Shown piece after piece: positions 1 to 10,414 of a DNA stretch of 55,466 nucleotides. Each line of letters opens with the position of its first letter. Within the stretch, counting starts at the first letter, position 1. The stretch comes from an uncultured Clostridia bacterium. Lineage in GTDB: Bacteria; Bacillota; Clostridia; TANB77; CAG-508. The notes under the pieces were generated by a model that had not been told where the DNA came from, did not search any database, and saw nothing but the letters and a program-made list of their open reading frames with translations. The position numbers and the translations under genes were made by a program. The stretch covers positions 1-55,466 of the forward strand of contig CANRCM010000003.1 of the NCBI GenBank assembly GCA_947629085.1, written 5' to 3'.

Positions 1-105
1 CTCCGATTAGATAAAGTTTTTGTGGTTAAAAACATTTTATCATATTTTTGGTATTTCCTATATTTATTTTTATTTTTAGTGTGTCATATCTATTTTAAAC
101 CTATA

Positions 106-705
106 TTATTCATAATCTTCTATTAATTGATTTAAAGACTGTTTTCCATTTACTCTAATTCCTTCTTTAATTTGTACTTTATCTGGTTCTGATAAATACT
201 CTGTTGATATATCTGTTTGTTCATATTCTTTTTTACTTCCATCTTCTAATATTTCATATATTAAAACCTTTCCATTTACATCTTGTACTAAATAATGTTC
301 TCCACACTCTCCATCTTCTTCTTTACTTAAAGTTATTTGTATATCTGAAAATTCTTGAATATTCCAACCAACATATTGTCTTTCTAATTCCTCCTTAGAT
401 TTGTTTACAAGATTTTCTGGTACTTTAATATACTCACTTGTTTGATGTCCACACCCTTTGTATGTCACTTTTAATGTTATAAAACAATTAGGCGAAATTT
501 TTTCTTCCTCTGAATTTGCCTCTAACATTTCACTTTGTATTTCTTCATATTCGTCAGTACAATCATCTAGTATATTTTCATCAGCTATTTTAGTTATAAT
601 ATCATCAGATTTATTTGCACTTTTTGGCTGATATATAATAAGAGCAGTTAACATTGCCATGGCAACTATAATTATAGATAATATTGTTATTATAGTTTTA
701 TTCAT
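106..705 (-). CDS. membrane-anchored hypothetical protein (possibly BofC-like sporulation protein)
   Basis: ORF 106..771. The likely start is MNKTIITIL at 705, behind an AAAGGAGAAG RBS. It has an N-terminal TM anchor followed by a soluble Cys-containing domain. The family assignment is only a resemblance from memory. Confidence 0.45.
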   Translation of the reverse strand: MNKTIITILSIIIVAMAMLTALIIYQPKSANKSDDIITKIADENILDDCTDEYEEIQSEMLEANSEEEKISPNCFITLKVTYKGCGHQTSEYIKVPENLVNKSKEELERQYVGWNIQEFSDIQITLSKEEDGECGEHYLVQDVNGKVLIYEILEDGSKKEYEQTDISTEYLSEPDKVQIKEGIRVNGKQSLNQLIEDYE

Positions 706-819
706 AATTTTTACTTCTCCTTTTAAGCTATGTTTTCTGTTATTATTTACATTTTTGTTAAAATTATACATTAAACCTTTTTAGTTACTATTTTAATCTT
801 TAATGATTAAGTACTTTTA

Positions 820-3265
820 TTATTTAAGATTTGTTTTTATATTCAACTTTAATCTATTATTAATTTTTATTATTATTTCTCCGTATTCATCTGTTCTATA
901 AATTCTAGAATTGATTGCTTCTAATTTCTCTATAGTACTCTTGTTTGGATGTCCAAATGTATTATTTTTACCTACACCAATTAGAGAAATTTTGGGTTTT
1001 GTTTCATATAAAAATTCTTCTGTGGTAGAAGTTTTAGAACCATGATGTGCAACTTTTAACAATGTTGCTTTTAAAATATTTGTATTTTTATATTCTTCTA
1101 ATATTTTTTCTTCTGCAATTGCTTCTATATCTCCAGTAAATAACATTGAAAAGCTTTTATAATTAATCTTTGCTACAATTGAATTATTATTTAAAATATT
1201 ATCATTAATCTGTTCTTCATTAGGCCACAATATTTGAATATTTATATCTTTTTCTATCCTTAGTTTATCTCCGTTTCTTAACCAAGATAACTTTTATTTT
1301 TTTATCTCTAACTATCTTTAAAAATTTTTGATAATTTTCTGAATTTTCTAATTGTTTACAAATAATAACTTTTTTAACTTTTAATTCCTCCATAACAGTT
1401 AGTAATCCACCAACGTGATCTTGATCAAAATGGCTAATAATCATATAGTCAATTTTAGTATATCCTCTATCTAGGATATATGGTAATACAGTTTTTTTAC
1501 CCACATCAAATTCTGATGAACGATTACCACCACCATCTATCAAAATAGTTTTTTTAAACGGTGTTACAATAAATGTACAATCTCCTTGTCCTACATCTAC
1601 AAAATAAATATTTAAATCTATAGGAATTAATTTAAATATAATTATAATTAAAATACTCACTACAATTATTTTTAAATATTTATTTTTATTTATAAACATT
1701 CTATATTTTACCAATGCTACCATATTTTTTACTCTTATTTGTGTATTATTTAAATTCCTTGAATTATATATTTTATATATAAAATTAATTAATAATAAAA
1801 TTATATAATATAAAATAATAGTAAGAATCTTAGGTGTAGCAAAATAAATTTTTGAAAATGGAATTTTAGAAAAATTTGAAATATAAATTAATATTTGAAT
1901 TAAATATGTTAATATATATGAAATAATTTTAGTAAAAGGATAATAAATTAAACTTGAAATAATAAATATAAAACTTAATATTAGTACTGGTCCTATTATT
2001 ATACTTATTAATAAATTTGCTATTAAAAAATATGTATTAAAAGTATTAAAATGATAAATCATTAATGGCAGAATTGAAATCTGAGCAGATAATGTTATTG
2101 ATAATATTTCTTGCACTTTAATAATCACTTTTAAATTTGTTATACTTATTTTATATCTCCATTTTCTATTTTTAATTTTTATACTTTTCAAAATATTTTT
2201 TATATTTTTATTTAATAAAATAATTCCTATAGTTCCTATATATGAAAATTGTAATCCTATATTAATTAACATGAATGGATTATATATTATAATAATTAAT
2301 AATGATAAACTAATAGATGTTGCTATATCATTTTTTCTATAAAATATTTCTGAACCTAATAATATTATTGACATTAAAGTGGCTCTTACGATAGAAGGTG
2401 AAAAACCTATTATAAACATATAGCAAACTAAAAACATAATAGTAAAAGTTATTCTACTTCGTTTTCCTATCCTTTTTTTTAAGAATAAATTTATGGCTAT
2501 TACTATATATGATACATGCATACCTGAAATTGCTAAAACGTGTGATACTCCACTGTCTTTAAAACTATTTTTTAGTTCTTCCTGAATTTCATCTTTATCT
2601 CCTAAAATTATTCCTTTTATTATTGATGCTTCATCTTTTTCTAATATATTATCTATATTTTCTTGTAATTTCAAACATACTTTATTTGATATATTTAAAA
2701 TTAAATTACCTTTGTTTTCTCCTATTGTCTCTACATTATTACATTTTACAGTTCCATAAATTTTTAATGTTTTTAAATATTCCTTATAATTAAATCCTTG
2801 ATAATTTCTAGAAATTTCTGGTTCTATAAATTCACCTTCAAATTTAATTTTATCTCCATATTTTAAATTCTTTAATAATTTTTTATTAATTTTTAAATAT
2901 AAATATGTATTTATATATTTTTTATTTTTATTAGCATTGATTATTTTAATCTTGTAAATATTGTTATATACTTTTTCTGTCTTATTGCTTACTATAATAG
3001 CCTCTCCTTGTATTTCATTTACACCTTGATATAAATAATCATATTTATTATTTTGAAAAATAGTAATTGAATTTGAAATAATAGAAACAAAAATTATAAA
3101 AATAATCATTTTTTTATTTATTATTATCTTTAAATATTTAAAATATCTTTTTGGATTTAAAAATTTAAATTTTTTTCTTTTAGTTTTTATTTTTATTCTA
3201 ATTAAATATATAGCAACTATTGGAATATAGAAAAGGACTATACTATTTTTAAAGTATAGCCCCAT
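820..3265 (-). CDS. comEC: competence protein ComEC/Rec2; two ORF pieces joined by a +1 shift at in-frame CGG (1273..1271)
   Basis: ORF 1265..3265 holds the polytopic competence domain and the start of the metallo-beta-lactamase fold (YFVDVGQGDC, HFDQDHVGG). ORF 820..1230 carries the rest (VAHHGSK, FGHPN). The zero frame reads AAA CGG AGA TAA. Skipping the C gives VKK-GDKLRIEKDINIQILWPNEEQ. The open frame also extends upstream of the ATG to about 3349 without a canonical start. Confidence 0.85.
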
Positions 3266-3349
3266 TAATATTCCTATTATATATCCTATAGTTGCAACTA
3301 AAATAGGTCTTTTTATATGAATCTTTCCTTTCTTAATTGCTTTTCCTTT

Positions 3350-4615
3350 TTATAAAACTCTTCTAGCACCTACATAATTATTTCCATAGTATCCAGAATT
3401 TATAGTATCTATTGTAACTCCTCTTGATTGATTTGCTGCATGAATCATTTGTCCTCCACCTATATAAATTCCTACGTGATTAATTCCTGATTTACCAAAC
3501 ATAACTAAATCACCTAGCTGTAATTGCTCTTTACTAACAGCAATACCATTTGCATATTGACCTGCAGCTGTTCTATTTAAAGATATTCCATATTGTCTAT
3601 ATATATATGATGTAAATCCTGAGCAATCAAAACTACTTGGTCCTGATGCTCCATATACATATCTATAACCTAAATAACTTTTAGCTGTTTGAATTACTGC
3701 TAAACCTGTTGAAGATGCTGTTGATGATGAGCTTATATCATTTGACGTTGAAGTGTTTGTGTTGCTTCTAGGAGTACTCATGTTTCTAGAAGTTTCTTTC
3801 TTAGTATCTGATAAAAGTGATGTAGAAACATATCCTTCTTTTTCTCCAACTTTTATTTTGCTCCATCCTTCTTCTTCTGAATAAACATTTACTGCCATAT
3901 TTAATGTTAATTTTGCAACAATTTCTGAATTAGTATTAGCCTCTTTTCTTAAATTTACTGTTTCAGAAGCAATAAATGCTGTCTTTATTAGAGTTTCTTG
4001 TGAAGTTTGCTCTTGGTTTTCTTTAGCTTCTTCTTTATTAGTTTCTATATTGCTTTCTTTTGATTTTAGTTTATCACTTCTTATCCAACCTTTTTCTGAG
4101 TTTGTTTGTATACATACCCATCCATTAATTGTTTCTATTATTTTAACTTCTTCATCCTTTTTTACTTCTACTATATCTGTTGCATTTATTACTGGAACAA
4201 TTTTTAATTTAGTATCTTCTAATACTATATTTGTTTTTTCTTGTCCTTCATTCGTTATATCTATAGTTGTCTCAGTTTTAGTATTATTAGCTGTTTCTAC
4301 TACTTTTGATTCTGTATTTGAATCATTAGTTTTGTCTTCGTTTTCTATTAATAATAAATCTTTTCTTATGTATCCAGTTATGTCCTTAGATTTTACTCTA
4401 TACCATTCTCCATTTTTATCTACGATTTGTACTTCGTCATTATGAGAAAGTTGTTTCAATATTTTTGATTCTGAATCTGCTGTTTCCCTAAGATTTGCTG
4501 TCTCAACATTTACTTTTGCTGTATCAGCTGCAAAACTAATATTTATAAAAAACAATGCTGAAATTCCTAATATAGCAAGCAACACTATGCTTTTTATATT
4601 CTTATTACTTTTCAT
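3350..4615 (-). CDS. secreted cell-wall hydrolase, SH3b repeats plus C-terminal NlpC/P60 domain
   Basis: Signal peptide, three SH3_3-like repeats (GYIRKDLL, GWIRSDKL, GYVSTSLL), and an NlpC/P60 core (FDCSGFTSYIY ... HVGIYIGGGQMIHA). Confidence 0.85.
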   Translation of the reverse strand: MKSNKNIKSIVLLAILGISALFFINISFAADTAKVNVETANLRETADSESKILKQLSHNDEVQIVDKNGEWYRVKSKDITGYIRKDLLLIENEDKTNDSNTESKVVETANNTKTETTIDITNEGQEKTNIVLEDTKLKIVPVINATDIVEVKKDEEVKIIETINGWVCIQTNSEKGWIRSDKLKSKESNIETNKEEAKENQEQTSQETLIKTAFIASETVNLRKEANTNSEIVAKLTLNMAVNVYSEEEGWSKIKVGEKEGYVSTSLLSDTKKETSRNMSTPRSNTNTSTSNDISSSSTASSTGLAVIQTAKSYLGYRYVYGASGPSSFDCSGFTSYIYRQYGISLNRTAAGQYANGIAVSKEQLQLGDLVMFGKSGINHVGIYIGGGQMIHAANQSRGVTIDTINSGYYGNNYVGARRVL

Positions 4616-4669
4616 TTTTCATATTACTCCTTACTAATAATATATTACATCCTGTTTTATAACGTTATA

Positions 4670-4698
4670 ATTATATATGTAAAAAATTATTTTGTCAA
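4670..4698 (-). promoter_or_regulatory. sigma-A type promoter for the NlpC/P60 gene
   Basis: Minus strand reads TTGACA, a 17 nt spacer, then TATAAT (plus-strand tgtcaa 4693..4698 and attata 4670..4675). Confidence 0.55.
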
Positions 4699-4876
4699 GT
4701 TTTAATACTTTTCTTTATCTTATTACTATTTTTATCATTTTAAATTTAAAATAAAATACACTTATTATTTATAATATTTTGTATTATATAAATATATCAA
4801 TATATAAAAAGCTATACAAAGGAAATTAAATCATAAAAAATTATTTAACCTATGTATAGCTTTCTCTATCTATATA

Positions 4877-6004
4877 TTAATTATAGTCTGAATTACTAAT
4901 TTCTGGATAATTAAAAACTTTTCCGTTTTGAGTAAATTGTCCACTTGGTGAATGATCTTGATTGAAGTTTTTTGAACCTTTTAAAAAATATTTATATTTT
5001 GACTCTCTTGAAATTTTCCCATTTCCATATATAACCGGATCATCCCATGTAGTATCTATAGCATACCATTTTCCATTTAATTGTACATAATTCCATGCGT
5101 GATTTTCTGTCTGTCCTTGAGAATTAGTACCTTTACCTATTACTAATACACATGGAATCTTTAGTTCATCCATAATATATTTAAATGCCCTAGCATATCC
5201 TTCACATACACAAACTCTATTTACTAATGCTCCATATATAGTATAAATATGTGGTTTAGAAATTGATGTATCATATTCTAAATTATTTACTAAATAATCA
5301 TGTACCATCTTTATATTTTCATATGCATTTTGTGTTCTATTAGAAACTATTTGTTTTTTTATTTGTTCAACTTCATTTATGGCATTATTAACTTCTACTT
5401 CGGAAGAAAATTCATCTGTTAAATAGCTACCTTTATTTCCACTATTAATATATACATTATATTTTTTACCACTTATAGATGTTGTTGTTTCAATATTTAA
5501 ATACATTTTATTAGGATTTAAATAAAACACATCTGGGTTATCATAATTAAATGCTTCAAATGCAGTTTGATAATACTGTCCTAACTCTTCTTGTCCATTT
5601 TCTTTACTTAATATATTTGTAAAAGAATCTCCTAGTTTTATTTCATAATTACCTGTTTTTAAATTTTCTTTATTAGCTTCAAAAGCTTTATATATTATTT
5701 GTGATTGGCTACTCAACTGATTATAAAAATATCTATCTATTGTAACACTACTATAATCTATACTATTATTTGATGTATCTTTATCTTCCATTAAGTCTAA
5801 TGAATTTTCTATTATTTCAGGAGTTTCTAGATTTGTATCAATTGTATTGTAAGTATCTGATATCACAGTTTGAAAATCTTCTGGAATGATACCTGTTTCA
5901 AAAGATTTTATTTCTTCCCAAAAAATCATTCCAAATATACAAAGTACACATATTATTAATAATACAATTATTGCCATTATTACACTTATAAATTTACTCT
6001 TCAT
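4877..6004 (-). CDS. membrane-anchored transglutaminase-like cysteine protease family protein
   Basis: N-terminal TM segment and a transglutaminase-core-like motif (VCEGYARAFKYIM ... NHAWNYVQL ... AIDTTWDD). Confidence 0.8.
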   Translation of the reverse strand: MKSKFISVIMAIIVLLIICVLCIFGMIFWEEIKSFETGIIPEDFQTVISDTYNTIDTNLETPEIIENSLDLMEDKDTSNNSIDYSSVTIDRYFYNQLSSQSQIIYKAFEANKENLKTGNYEIKLGDSFTNILSKENGQEELGQYYQTAFEAFNYDNPDVFYLNPNKMYLNIETTTSISGKKYNVYINSGNKGSYLTDEFSSEVEVNNAINEVEQIKKQIVSNRTQNAYENIKMVHDYLVNNLEYDTSISKPHIYTIYGALVNRVCVCEGYARAFKYIMDELKIPCVLVIGKGTNSQGQTENHAWNYVQLNGKWYAIDTTWDDPVIYGNGKISRESKYKYFLKGSKNFNQDHSPSGQFTQNGKVFNYPEISNSDYN

Positions 6005-6109
6005 TTTCTTTTTCCCTTCTTTATAATTATAACATTTTTTTATATATAAAACTAGTATATTTTTTTACTTTTTATGAAATACTATAAAAAATATTAATGG
6101 AGAAATTAT

Positions 6110-7823
6110 ATGGGATTAAAAAGTTTATTTAATGAATTCTTTTCTTACACACCTGAAAATGATTACCAATTTATCATTTCAGAAGATGAAAATAAAAATA
6201 ATCAAATTGAAAATCAAAAAAATAGTAATACATCTGACAATTTGAAAATTTCCTCTAGTTTATCTGTAAATATTGAATATATGAAAACTCGATATAATCT
6301 TCTAATAAATAGTGACATTATATTTCGTGAATTTACACTAAATGCATATGGTAAACAATATAATGCCTTTTTGATTTATATTGATGGACTGGTAAATTCT
6401 GAAATTATGGATAATTTTATTTTAAAACCTTTAATGCTTCGTAATAAAAGCAATTTATATGATGGAGCTCAAAATAAAATAATTTCAGAATCAGTTAATA
6501 ATAAAGTTACTATTAGAAAAATTAAAAAATTTGATTTACCTAATTATTTAATGGGTTGCTTATTGCCTCAAAATGCTGTAAAACAAATTTCCAATTTTGA
6601 TGATGCTGCAGTTGGTATTAATTCTCGGTAATTGTGTTTTATTTGTTGATACATTAAATCAGGCTTTTGATATTGAGGTCAAAGGTTTTAAAGAAAGGAG
6701 TATTGATACTCCTGTTAATGAAGTTGTTATAAAAGGGCCTCATGAAGCCTTTGTTGAAAATATAAGAACTAATACTTCAATTATAAGAAGAATTGTAAAT
6801 AATGAAAATCTAATTATTGAATCAATAGAAGTTGGAAAAATAACAAAAACTAAATGTGCAGTTTGTTATATTCAAGATTTTACTAATTCCGATTTAGTAA
6901 ATGAAGTTAAATATAGATTAAACAACCTTGAGATAGATTCCTTATTTTCTGCAGGTGAATTAGAACAATTTGTATGTGATTCGAATATTTTTGGCATTCC
7001 TCAAACAATAGCTACGGAAAGACCTGATAAAGCAGCAAAACATTTATTAAATGGTAGAGTTATAGTAATTGTAAATGGAAATCCCTATGGAATTATTATG
7101 CCTTCTATTTTAATTGATTTTTTATCTTCTCCTGAAGATACCAATTTAAAGCCTAATTTTTCAAACTTTTTAAGGATTTTAAGATTTTTATCATCTCTTA
7201 TTACATTACTACTACCAGGCTTATATATTGCTATTACTAGTTTTCATCAGGAAATATTACCAACAAGTTTACTGTATTCTATTTTAGGTTCACGTGAAAA
7301 TGTTCCTTTTCCTATTCTATTTGAGATACTTTTGATGGAATTTTCTTTTGAATTAATACGTGAAGCAGGTCTTAGAGTACCTTCTCCTATTGGACCAACA
7401 ATAGGAATTGTTGGTGCTTTAGTTTTAGGGCAAGCTGCTGTAAGTGCAGGAATTGTTAGCCCTATACTAATTATAATTGTTGCAATTACAGGTATAGCAT
7501 CTTTTGCAATTCCGGATTTTTCATTTGGTTTTCATTTAAGATATTTTAGGTTTACTTTTATATTATTAGGATTTACAGCTGGATTTTTAGGAATATCTAT
7601 TGGACTTTTTGTGTATATTTCTGCATTATGTAGTTTAAACTCTTTTGGAGTACCTTATACAACACCATTTGCTCCTAGAACTGACAGCAAAGGTAATTCT
7701 TATTTACTCCCACCTATTTGGAAAAGAGAGTATAGACCTCCTTATATGTCTACAAAAAAACCAAAAGAACAAGATAAAATATCTATGAAATGGAAATACT
7801 TCGATTGGAGAAAAAATAAATAA
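6110..7823 (+). CDS. spore germinant receptor subunit A (GerA family); two ORF pieces joined by a +1 shift at in-frame CGG 6626..6628
   Basis: ORF 6110..6631 ends AVGINSR* (TCT CGG TAA). Skipping the C gives INS-GNCVLFVDTLNQAFDIEVKGFKERSI, which continues into ORF 6597..7823 with the typical GerAA core and C-terminal TM region. Confidence 0.85.
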
Positions 7824-7839
7824 GGAAGGAGAAATTTTT

Positions 7840-8940
7840 ATGTCAAAAGCAAAAATTGGAACAGTTGAAGCAATAATGATAATCTTAACAATCGTAGTTG
7901 CTCATACCATACTTTCTCTGCCTAGGAATATTCTAACTTCAATGAAATCTGCAAGTATAATTAATTTAATTTATGTAAGTATTATAGTTGTTATATTGGG
8001 ATATTTAATATTTAGATTATTAAAAAATTTTCCGGGTTTAGATATCATAGATATTTCCGAATTAATTGGTGGAAAGGTATTTAAGAATATTATAGGTATT
8101 ATCTTTATGGTATACTTTCTTGTCAGTTCTAGTATGTTTCTAAGAAATTTTTCAGAAAGTATGAAAGTAATTTATTATCCAATGACAGATATATTTTTTA
8201 TTTTATCATTTTTTATAATAGCTATGTGTTTTGTAAATAGACTAGATTTTAATGCAAGTTCAAAAACTAATCTAATTGTTGTACCAATTGTTTTAGTTGC
8301 AATTATTTTTCTTTTTGCTACAAATATGAAGCAATTTACACCTCAAAGAATGTTTCCTATCTTAGGTGATGGTATATTTAACACGTTTATTTTAGGAATT
8401 GGAAATATATCAGCATTTGGAGGTATTGTATATCTTTACTTTCTTCCTCCTTTACTTAAAAAGCCTGAAAAGATGAAACAAATAGCATTAATTTCAATTG
8501 GAATAACAGCAATATATATATTAATTAGTGTTGCAACTTTACTATTTATATTTTCATTTTTCATTACAACTGATGAGATTACTCCTTTATATAATGCAAC
8601 TAGATATATTGAACTTGGAAGCTTTTTTCAAAGGTTAGAATCTATTTTTTTAATTATATGGATTTTAGCTTTTGCATGTTACTTAAGTACTATTAGTAAA
8701 TTTTCTATTTTGATTTTAAAAAAGGTTACAAATGTTGACACTCCAAAACCTCTAATTGACATTATAGGATTACTTATTTTAGGGCTTTCATTAATTCCTA
8801 AAAATTATGCAATATCACAAAATTTTGAAAATAATATTTATCCTTATATGGTTCTTTGTATTGTATTTTTATTAGGAATTGGAATATTGATTTTAGCAAA
8901 TTTAAAAAGAAAGGGATTAAAAAATGAAGAACATTATTAA
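7840..8940 (+). CDS. spore germinant receptor subunit B (GerAB/APC-like permease)
   Basis: 366 aa polytopic membrane protein immediately after the A subunit, with an AGGAGA RBS. This is the typical gerA operon order. Confidence 0.85.
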   Translation: MSKAKIGTVEAIMIILTIVVAHTILSLPRNILTSMKSASIINLIYVSIIVVILGYLIFRLLKNFPGLDIIDISELIGGKVFKNIIGIIFMVYFLVSSSMFLRNFSESMKVIYYPMTDIFFILSFFIIAMCFVNRLDFNASSKTNLIVVPIVLVAIIFLFATNMKQFTPQRMFPILGDGIFNTFILGIGNISAFGGIVYLYFLPPLLKKPEKMKQIALISIGITAIYILISVATLLFIFSFFITTDEITPLYNATRYIELGSFFQRLESIFLIIWILAFACYLSTISKFSILILKKVTNVDTPKPLIDIIGLLILGLSLIPKNYAISQNFENNIYPYMVLCIVFLLGIGILILANLKRKGLKNEEHY

Positions 8941-10135
8941 AAACATTTTTATACTTTTAGTAATTTTAGTATTTATTTTAGCCTTTTCCAGCTCTTACTC
9001 TTCTCTTAATATTGATAATTTAGCTTATGTTTCTGCAATAGGACTAGACTATAGTGATGATGATAAAATACAAGTTAGTTTTCAATTTACTCCTCCTGTT
9101 ACTATTGAATCTGGTGAAAAACCCGAACCTTTTATAAATACTGTCGTTTCTTCATCTATTAGTAATGCTATAAACTTGATGAATAGCTATCTAGGGACTC
9201 CAATAAGTTTATCTCATTGTAAAGTTATTGTTTTCTCTGAGCAATTAGCTGAACAAGGTATATCAGATGAAGTATATACCTTAATTAACGATACTCAAGT
9301 TACTCCTTCTGCTAATATCATTATTAGCAAATGTGAAGCTAAATATTATTTAGAAGAAACTAAACCCGAATTAAAAAATTTGATCTCTAAATATTATGAA
9401 ACCTTTACTATATCTAGTCATTATACAGGATATACACCAGATGCTACAATTGGTGATTTCTTTAATGCTCTTACAAGTAAAACTCGTGAGCCTCATGCTA
9501 TCTTAGGTGGTCTTAATGCAGAATCTAAAGAACTAAAAAATAGTGATTTACAGCAAGACTCAACTTTAATAGCTAGTAATGCTTCAATTTCTGGTCAAAA
9601 CGGAAGTGAAAATTTTGGAATAGCAGTATTTAAATCTGATAAAATTGTAGGTGAATTAAGTGCAATAGAAACTGTTGCGTTTTTAAATTTAAAAAATGAT
9701 ATTGATAGATTTTTAGTTTCTGTACCTGACCCTGAAAATAAGAATAATCTATTAGATATTTATATGACCCCTTCTCATGACACAAAAATAAAAGTTTATA
9801 CATCTAATCAAACACCTTATATAGAAATAAACTGTGATTTTACAGGACGAATCTACTCTATGTCAGAAAATTCAAAATATTTATCCCCTGAAGTTTTAGA
9901 TTCTATTTCTAAATCTTGTGATAGCTACTTAAAATCTATGTTTACAGATTACTTATATAAAACATCTCGAGAATTTAATAGTGATATATCCTCTATAGGA
10001 ACCTATGCTTTAAAAAACTTCTTTACTACTATGGATTTTGAAAATTATTCTTGGCTTGATAATTATAAAAATGCATTTTTTAAAGTAAACATTAATTCTT
10101 CTGTAAAATCAGGAATGTTAATTACTCAAACATAA
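8924..10135 (+). CDS. spore germinant receptor subunit C (Ger(x)C family)
   Basis: Overlaps the end of the B subunit. It has an N-terminal hydrophobic segment followed by the LAYVSAIGLD motif typical of GerAC. No lipobox Cys is present. Confidence 0.8.
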   Translation: MKNIIKNIFILLVILVFILAFSSSYSSLNIDNLAYVSAIGLDYSDDDKIQVSFQFTPPVTIESGEKPEPFINTVVSSSISNAINLMNSYLGTPISLSHCKVIVFSEQLAEQGISDEVYTLINDTQVTPSANIIISKCEAKYYLEETKPELKNLISKYYETFTISSHYTGYTPDATIGDFFNALTSKTREPHAILGGLNAESKELKNSDLQQDSTLIASNASISGQNGSENFGIAVFKSDKIVGELSAIETVAFLNLKNDIDRFLVSVPDPENKNNLLDIYMTPSHDTKIKVYTSNQTPYIEINCDFTGRIYSMSENSKYLSPEVLDSISKSCDSYLKSMFTDYLYKTSREFNSDISSIGTYALKNFFTTMDFENYSWLDNYKNAFFKVNINSSVKSGMLITQT

Positions 10136-10149
10136 AGAAAGGAAAAATT

Positions 10150-10329
10150 ATGAGCAGTATTATATCTTTTGTTGTTTTTTTTATAATAACTATTTATGTT
10201 TTACTAAAAATTATTGGCTATGCTATTTATGAAATTAAAAAATTTAATAATAAAGTTGGTGGAATTGTTATTATTTCTTTTTCTATTTTAGTTATTATTT
10301 TTGTAAACATTATGATGTTAATAAGATAA
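10150..10329 (+). CDS. small two-TM hypothetical protein (59 aa), below the ORF-track cutoff
   Basis: ATG at 10150 sits 7 nt after AAAGGAAAAA. It translates to MSSIISFVVFFIITIYVLLKIIGYAIYEIKKFNNKVGGIVIISFSILVIIFVNIMMLIR and lies directly after gerAC and before a terminator. Confidence 0.4.
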   Translation: MSSIISFVVFFIITIYVLLKIIGYAIYEIKKFNNKVGGIVIISFSILVIIFVNIMMLIR

Positions 10330-10365
10330 ATAAATATTTAATTTAACATCAATAAATAATAAAAA

Positions 10366-10400
10366 TCACGGAAATTATATAAAATTTTTCGTGACTTTTT
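10366..10400. terminator. bidirectional hairpin terminator between the ger operon and rnr
   Basis: TCACGGAAA ... TTTTCGTGA stem, flanked by A-run and T-run. Confidence 0.5.
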
Positions 10401-10414
10401 ATATTTTATTGTAT

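Noticed and set aside
4616-4876. Possible c-di-AMP (ydaO-type) riboswitch upstream of the NlpC/P60 hydrolase
   Set aside because: The leader is almost pure AT and lacks the GC-rich conserved helices. Only a consensus promoter and the upstream gene's terminator hairpin are seen.
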